Part shown: positions 60,887 to 64,000 of the stretch, one piece after another | How positions within the stretch are numbered: the first letter of the stretch is position 1 | Layout: each line of letters starts with the position of its first letter | Assembly (NCBI GenBank): GCA_963840855.1 | Contig: CAWJBB010000050.1 | Coordinates: 64,001 to 128,000 of the forward strand | Source of the DNA: an uncultured delta proteobacterium | GTDB lineage: Bacteria > Desulfobacterota > Binatia > UBA9968 | Reading direction: 5' to 3' | DNA: 64,000 nt | The notes under the pieces: generated by a model | Told to the model about the DNA's origin: nothing | The model's database searches: none | What the model saw: only the letters and a program-made list of their open reading frames with translations | Translations under genes and position numbers: made by a program

Positions 60887-61782
60887 GTTCGAATGAAGCT
60901 CCGAAGCGAGAACAGGCTACCGGCGGACCCTAAAAACCAGCCGAGCAGCAAGATGAGCGCCATGCCGTTGATATCGAGAAATTGCCATTGCTTCGGCGCG
61001 CCCCACATCCCTCCGGAAAGGGAAAATTTTTGCTGCGCCAACTCGAAAGCGCCCCACAACCCCGCAACCGCCAGCACGCCGCCAACAAGCCCCAGAACCA
61101 TGCCTTCCAGCACGAACGGCGCCCGGATCATCGTCCGTGACGATCCCACTAGTTGCATGATTTCGATTTCGTCCCGGCGGGCGAGGATCGCCAGCTTCAC
61201 CGTACTGCCGACGATGAAGAAAGTAATGGCGAACAACCCTCCGGCTAGAATCCATTTCACCCACTCCACCGCCAGCACCAGCAGGCTCAGCCGGTCGATC
61301 CAATCCCGCGGGTATTCGACGAGGGTAATCCCCTTTTCCAGCTTGAGGCGCGCGGCCAGGCGCTCCACCAGCGGCGTGTCACGAAAGGCGGGCTGCACCG
61401 CGATTTCGAGAGAAGACGGCAATACATCGGCGGGCAAACCGTCGAGCACATTGGACTGCGCGCCCAGGGCAGCGTGAAAATCGCGCCACGCCTGTTCCTG
61501 GGTAATATGGCGCACGCGCAAAACCTCAGGAAGCGCGCGCACGCGATTCAACAAACTTTCGGTTTCACTGACGCCGAGCCCGCGCTCTAAATACGCATTG
61601 AGCTGAATCTGATCGCCCCACCCTTTGAGCAAGCTCTGAAGATTGGTTTCCAATAGCATGAAGGAGCCAAAAATGAACAAGGTCATCGCCATGGTCCCCG
61701 ACGTGAGCATGTGGGTCCAGAGCAGCTCGCGCAGATTGCTCGACGCGCGGCGCACTACAAAGGACATTTGCGACCAGCTCAT
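60853..61782 (-). CDS. ftsX: Cell division permease FtsX
   Basis: RRDEIEIMQLVG...IRAPFVLEG; synteny with ftsE. Confidence 0.92.
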   Translation of the reverse strand: MSWSQMSFVVRRASSNLRELLWTHMLTSGTMAMTLFIFGSFMLLETNLQSLLKGWGDQIQLNAYLERGLGVSETESLLNRVRALPEVLRVRHITQEQAWRDFHAALGAQSNVLDGLPADVLPSSLEIAVQPAFRDTPLVERLAARLKLEKGITLVEYPRDWIDRLSLLVLAVEWVKWILAGGLFAITFFIVGSTVKLAILARRDEIEIMQLVGSSRTMIRAPFVLEGMVLGLVGGVLAVAGLWGAFELAQQKFSLSGGMWGAPKQWQFLDINGMALILLLGWFLGSAGSLFSLRSFIRTWRALKSATRP

Positions 61783-62468
61783 GCGCCGCTGCCTTTTTTG
61801 ACCTTGCGTTCCAGATCTTCCGCGAGCAGCCCGGCGCGCAGGTAAATGATGCGCGTGCCGTAACGCTGGATGAGGTCGAGATCATGGCTCGCGATAATCA
61901 GTGTCGTGCCGCGCCCGCGGATGGCGAGAAATAGGCGCATGATTTCGTCGGCGATCTGCGAATCGAGATTGCCCGTGGGCTCGTCCGCAAGTACGAGCCA
62001 TGGTTCGTTGACCAGAGCCCGGGCGATGGCCACCCGCTGTTGCTCTCCGCCCGATAATGCCAACGGCCGGGCGTCAGATTTTTTTTGCATGCCCAGCTCG
62101 CTGAGCAACCGATAGGCGCGATTATGACTTTCCTTCCTCGGCACGCCGATCACTTCAGCCGCCAGGGCAACGTTTTCCAATGCGCTCAGGCGCGACAGCA
62201 GCTTGAATTCTTGAAACACCAAACCGATCCGGCGGCGCAACCGGGCGACTCCGCGGCTGTTTAACCGGCCGATATTTTGGCCGTTTAACGATATCTCCCC
62301 TTGGCTGGGCTCTTCGTCACGGAAGAGCAACCTGAGCAGCGTGGTTTTACCGGCGCCGCTGGGGCCGGTGACGAAAACGAATTCCCCTTCGTCGATTGTC
62401 AACGTAATGTCGGTCAGAGCCGCCGAATCGGGCGGGTAGGCTTTAGAAACGTGGTGGAACTGGATCAT
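61779..62468 (-). CDS. ftsE: Cell division ATP-binding protein FtsE
   Basis: GPSGAGKTT, LSGGEQQRVAIARA, ADEPTGNLD. Confidence 0.92.
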   Translation of the reverse strand: MIQFHHVSKAYPPDSAALTDITLTIDEGEFVFVTGPSGAGKTTLLRLLFRDEEPSQGEISLNGQNIGRLNSRGVARLRRRIGLVFQEFKLLSRLSALENVALAAEVIGVPRKESHNRAYRLLSELGMQKKSDARPLALSGGEQQRVAIARALVNEPWLVLADEPTGNLDSQIADEIMRLFLAIRGRGTTLIIASHDLDLIQRYGTRIIYLRAGLLAEDLERKVKKGSGA

Positions 62469-62690
62469 CGAAACAGCGTCGACAGGGCAGAAGCGAGCGC
62501 CGCGGGCACGGCCCTGATCCGTCGATAAAGGGCGCTTGCTTCGTTGTCACGTCGGACTCGCATCCTCACGTACTGCCGATGTACGCTCCGGTGCGAGCCC
62601 TCGCTCCGCCTCGCACCGACCGCCTCTCGACGGCCAGGTTACTCAGATAGATAGGACCTTACACACGGATTATGGGCACGAACAAATTGC

Positions 62691-62719
62691 TTGACATGGA
62701 AAAACTCGGTTGTTAGAGT
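62691..62719 (+). promoter_or_regulatory. Sigma70-type promoter
   Basis: TTGACA-17bp-TAGAGT with TGn extension, 35 bp before the ATG at 62755. Confidence 0.6.
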
Positions 62720-62754
62720 CACTAAACTCAAACCGCCTGCTTCATTTATAAAAG

Positions 62755-64000
62755 ATGCTCGGCCAAGTTACAAGCAATCATCGCGTCGCCGCGGACGTAC
62801 CGGCTCATATCGCCGCGCATAAATTTCGCGTCGTTCTGATCAAACCTTCTAAATACGACGACGACGGCTACGTCATTCGCTTCTGGAGAGGCGTGCTGCC
62901 CAGCAACACGTTGAACGTATTGCATGGTCTCACCGATGACGTGCGCGAGCGCCGGTTCCTAGGCGATCTGCCCATCGAAGTGACGACCTTCGACGAAACC
63001 GCTGAAAAAGTTCCCGTCAAGAAGATACTCCGCTGGGGCCGCGAGGCCGGCACCAAACTCCTGGTTTGTATGGTCGGAGTGCAGACCAACCAGTTCCCCC
63101 GCGCCCTCGACATGGCGCGCATTTTCCGCGCCGCGGGCATCACCGTTATCATGGGCGGCTTTCATACCAGCGGCACCATCAATATGCTGGGGGAGCAGGA
63201 GCCGGATATTCAGGAACTGGTCCGTGAATCCATTTGCGTGGTTTCCGGCGAAGTCGAAGGTAAATGGGAGATGATCCTGTCCGATTTTCTCCACGGCCGG
63301 TTGCGACCGATTTACAGCTTCGCCCAGGACTTGCAGAGCCTGGTGGACATTGGCGACGCGCCGCTGCCGAAAACCAGTCCGAAGACCATGGAGCATTTCG
63401 CCCACCCGGCGTGGGGCACCGCCGATACTTCGCGCGGCTGCCCCTTCGCATGCACGTTCTGCACGATCATAAACGTGCAGGGGCGCAAGATGCGTGAGCG
63501 CAGCCCGGAAAGCATCGCCGCGATGATGCGCCGGAACTACCTGGCCAGCGGCATCACTTTTTATTTTTTCACTGACGACAATTTCGCGCGCAAGAAACTC
63601 TGGCGCGAGACTTTCGAAGAGATCATCAAGCTGCGCGAGGAAGGCATCAAGATTACCTTCATGATGCAGGTGGATCTGGCGCGCAAGCCCAAGGACTTCG
63701 TCAGGCTGGCGGCCAAGGCCGGCTGCACACAGGTCTTCATCGGCATGGAAAGCGTCAATCCGCAGAACCTGAAAGCCGAAGGCAAGCAGCAGAACCACGT
63801 CGAAGAGTACCGCGCGATCATTAAGGAATGGCACGACGCGGGCGTGGTCGTGCACGCGGGCTACATCATCGGTTTGCCCTGGGACTCCAAGGAGCAGGTG
63901 CCCCAAGATATCCAATTTCTCATCAATGAAGTCGGGCCGGATCAGGCTTCGTTCTTCATGTTAACCCCGCTGCCGGGGTCCCATGACCATCGTGAGATGA
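62755..64000 (+). CDS. B12-binding radical SAM protein (3' end outside the window)
   Basis: Hand translation: LIKPSKYDDDGYVI..., GVQTNQFPRA, SRGCPFACTFC (CxxxCxxC), TDDNF, IGMES; absent from the ORF track because it has no stop in the window. Confidence 0.92.
   Translation, partial: MLGQVTSNHRVAADVPAHIAAHKFRVVLIKPSKYDDDGYVIRFWRGVLPSNTLNVLHGLTDDVRERRFLGDLPIEVTTFDETAEKVPVKKILRWGREAGTKLLVCMVGVQTNQFPRALDMARIFRAAGITVIMGGFHTSGTINMLGEQEPDIQELVRESICVVSGEVEGKWEMILSDFLHGRLRPIYSFAQDLQSLVDIGDAPLPKTSPKTMEHFAHPAWGTADTSRGCPFACTFCTIINVQGRKMRERSPESIAAMMRRNYLASGITFYFFTDDNFARKKLWRETFEEIIKLREEGIKITFMMQVDLARKPKDFVRLAAKAGCTQVFIGMESVNPQNLKAEGKQQNHVEEYRAIIKEWHDAGVVVHAGYIIGLPWDSKEQVPQDIQFLINEVGPDQASFFMLTPLPGSHDHREM

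Noticed and set aside
62478-62640. Structured intergenic sequence upstream of ftsE as an ncRNA
   Set aside because: It looks like an intergenic palindromic repeat, occurs once here, and matches no family I recognise.
62959-63915. 318-aa minus-strand ORF
   Set aside because: It is antisense to the radical SAM gene, which has clear motifs on the + strand.

Overview
The window has three parts. (1) Bases 1 to ~49,130 are the right end of a large, heavily rearranged island at the 3' end of tRNA-Ser(CGA). It ends in a small phage/satellite-like module with a tyrosine integrase. Its main content is a family of orphan, secreted ABC-type substrate-binding protein (SBP) genes: 8 intact, 1 frameshifted, 1 IS21-truncated, plus several fragments, all on the minus strand, with no permease or ATPase. 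These genes are delimited like cassettes by a recurring ~72-bp palindrome (GATTGAACTGA...ACAAATC-6bp-GATTTGT...TCAGTTCAATC; 11 full or near-full and 6 partial copies), and the same arms also frame non-SBP cargo. Interspersed are five IS91/ISCR-like oriIS ends, an IS91 transposase scrap, a canonical integron attC cassette, four SRAP copies, a LigD-type ligase plus a remnant, and secreted beta-helix/adhesin-like genes. (2) Bases 50,736-59,248 are an ~8.5-kb island without an integrase, bounded by a duplication of the tRNA-Arg(ACG) 3' half. It carries FecR, OmpA, CHASE2 kinase, sigma54 regulator, response regulator and GAF kinase genes. (3) Core genes are tadA, a cytidylate-kinase-like/BON gene, ftsE-ftsX-envC-like, and a B12/radical SAM gene that runs off the end. 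The host resembles a Binatia/Deltaproteobacteria-type bacterium (inference from gene style only). The best candidate for a novel system is the palindrome-delimited SBP cassette array, possibly driven by integron-like or IS91/HUH rolling-circle recombination. All family calls come from motif recognition by eye, without database searches.
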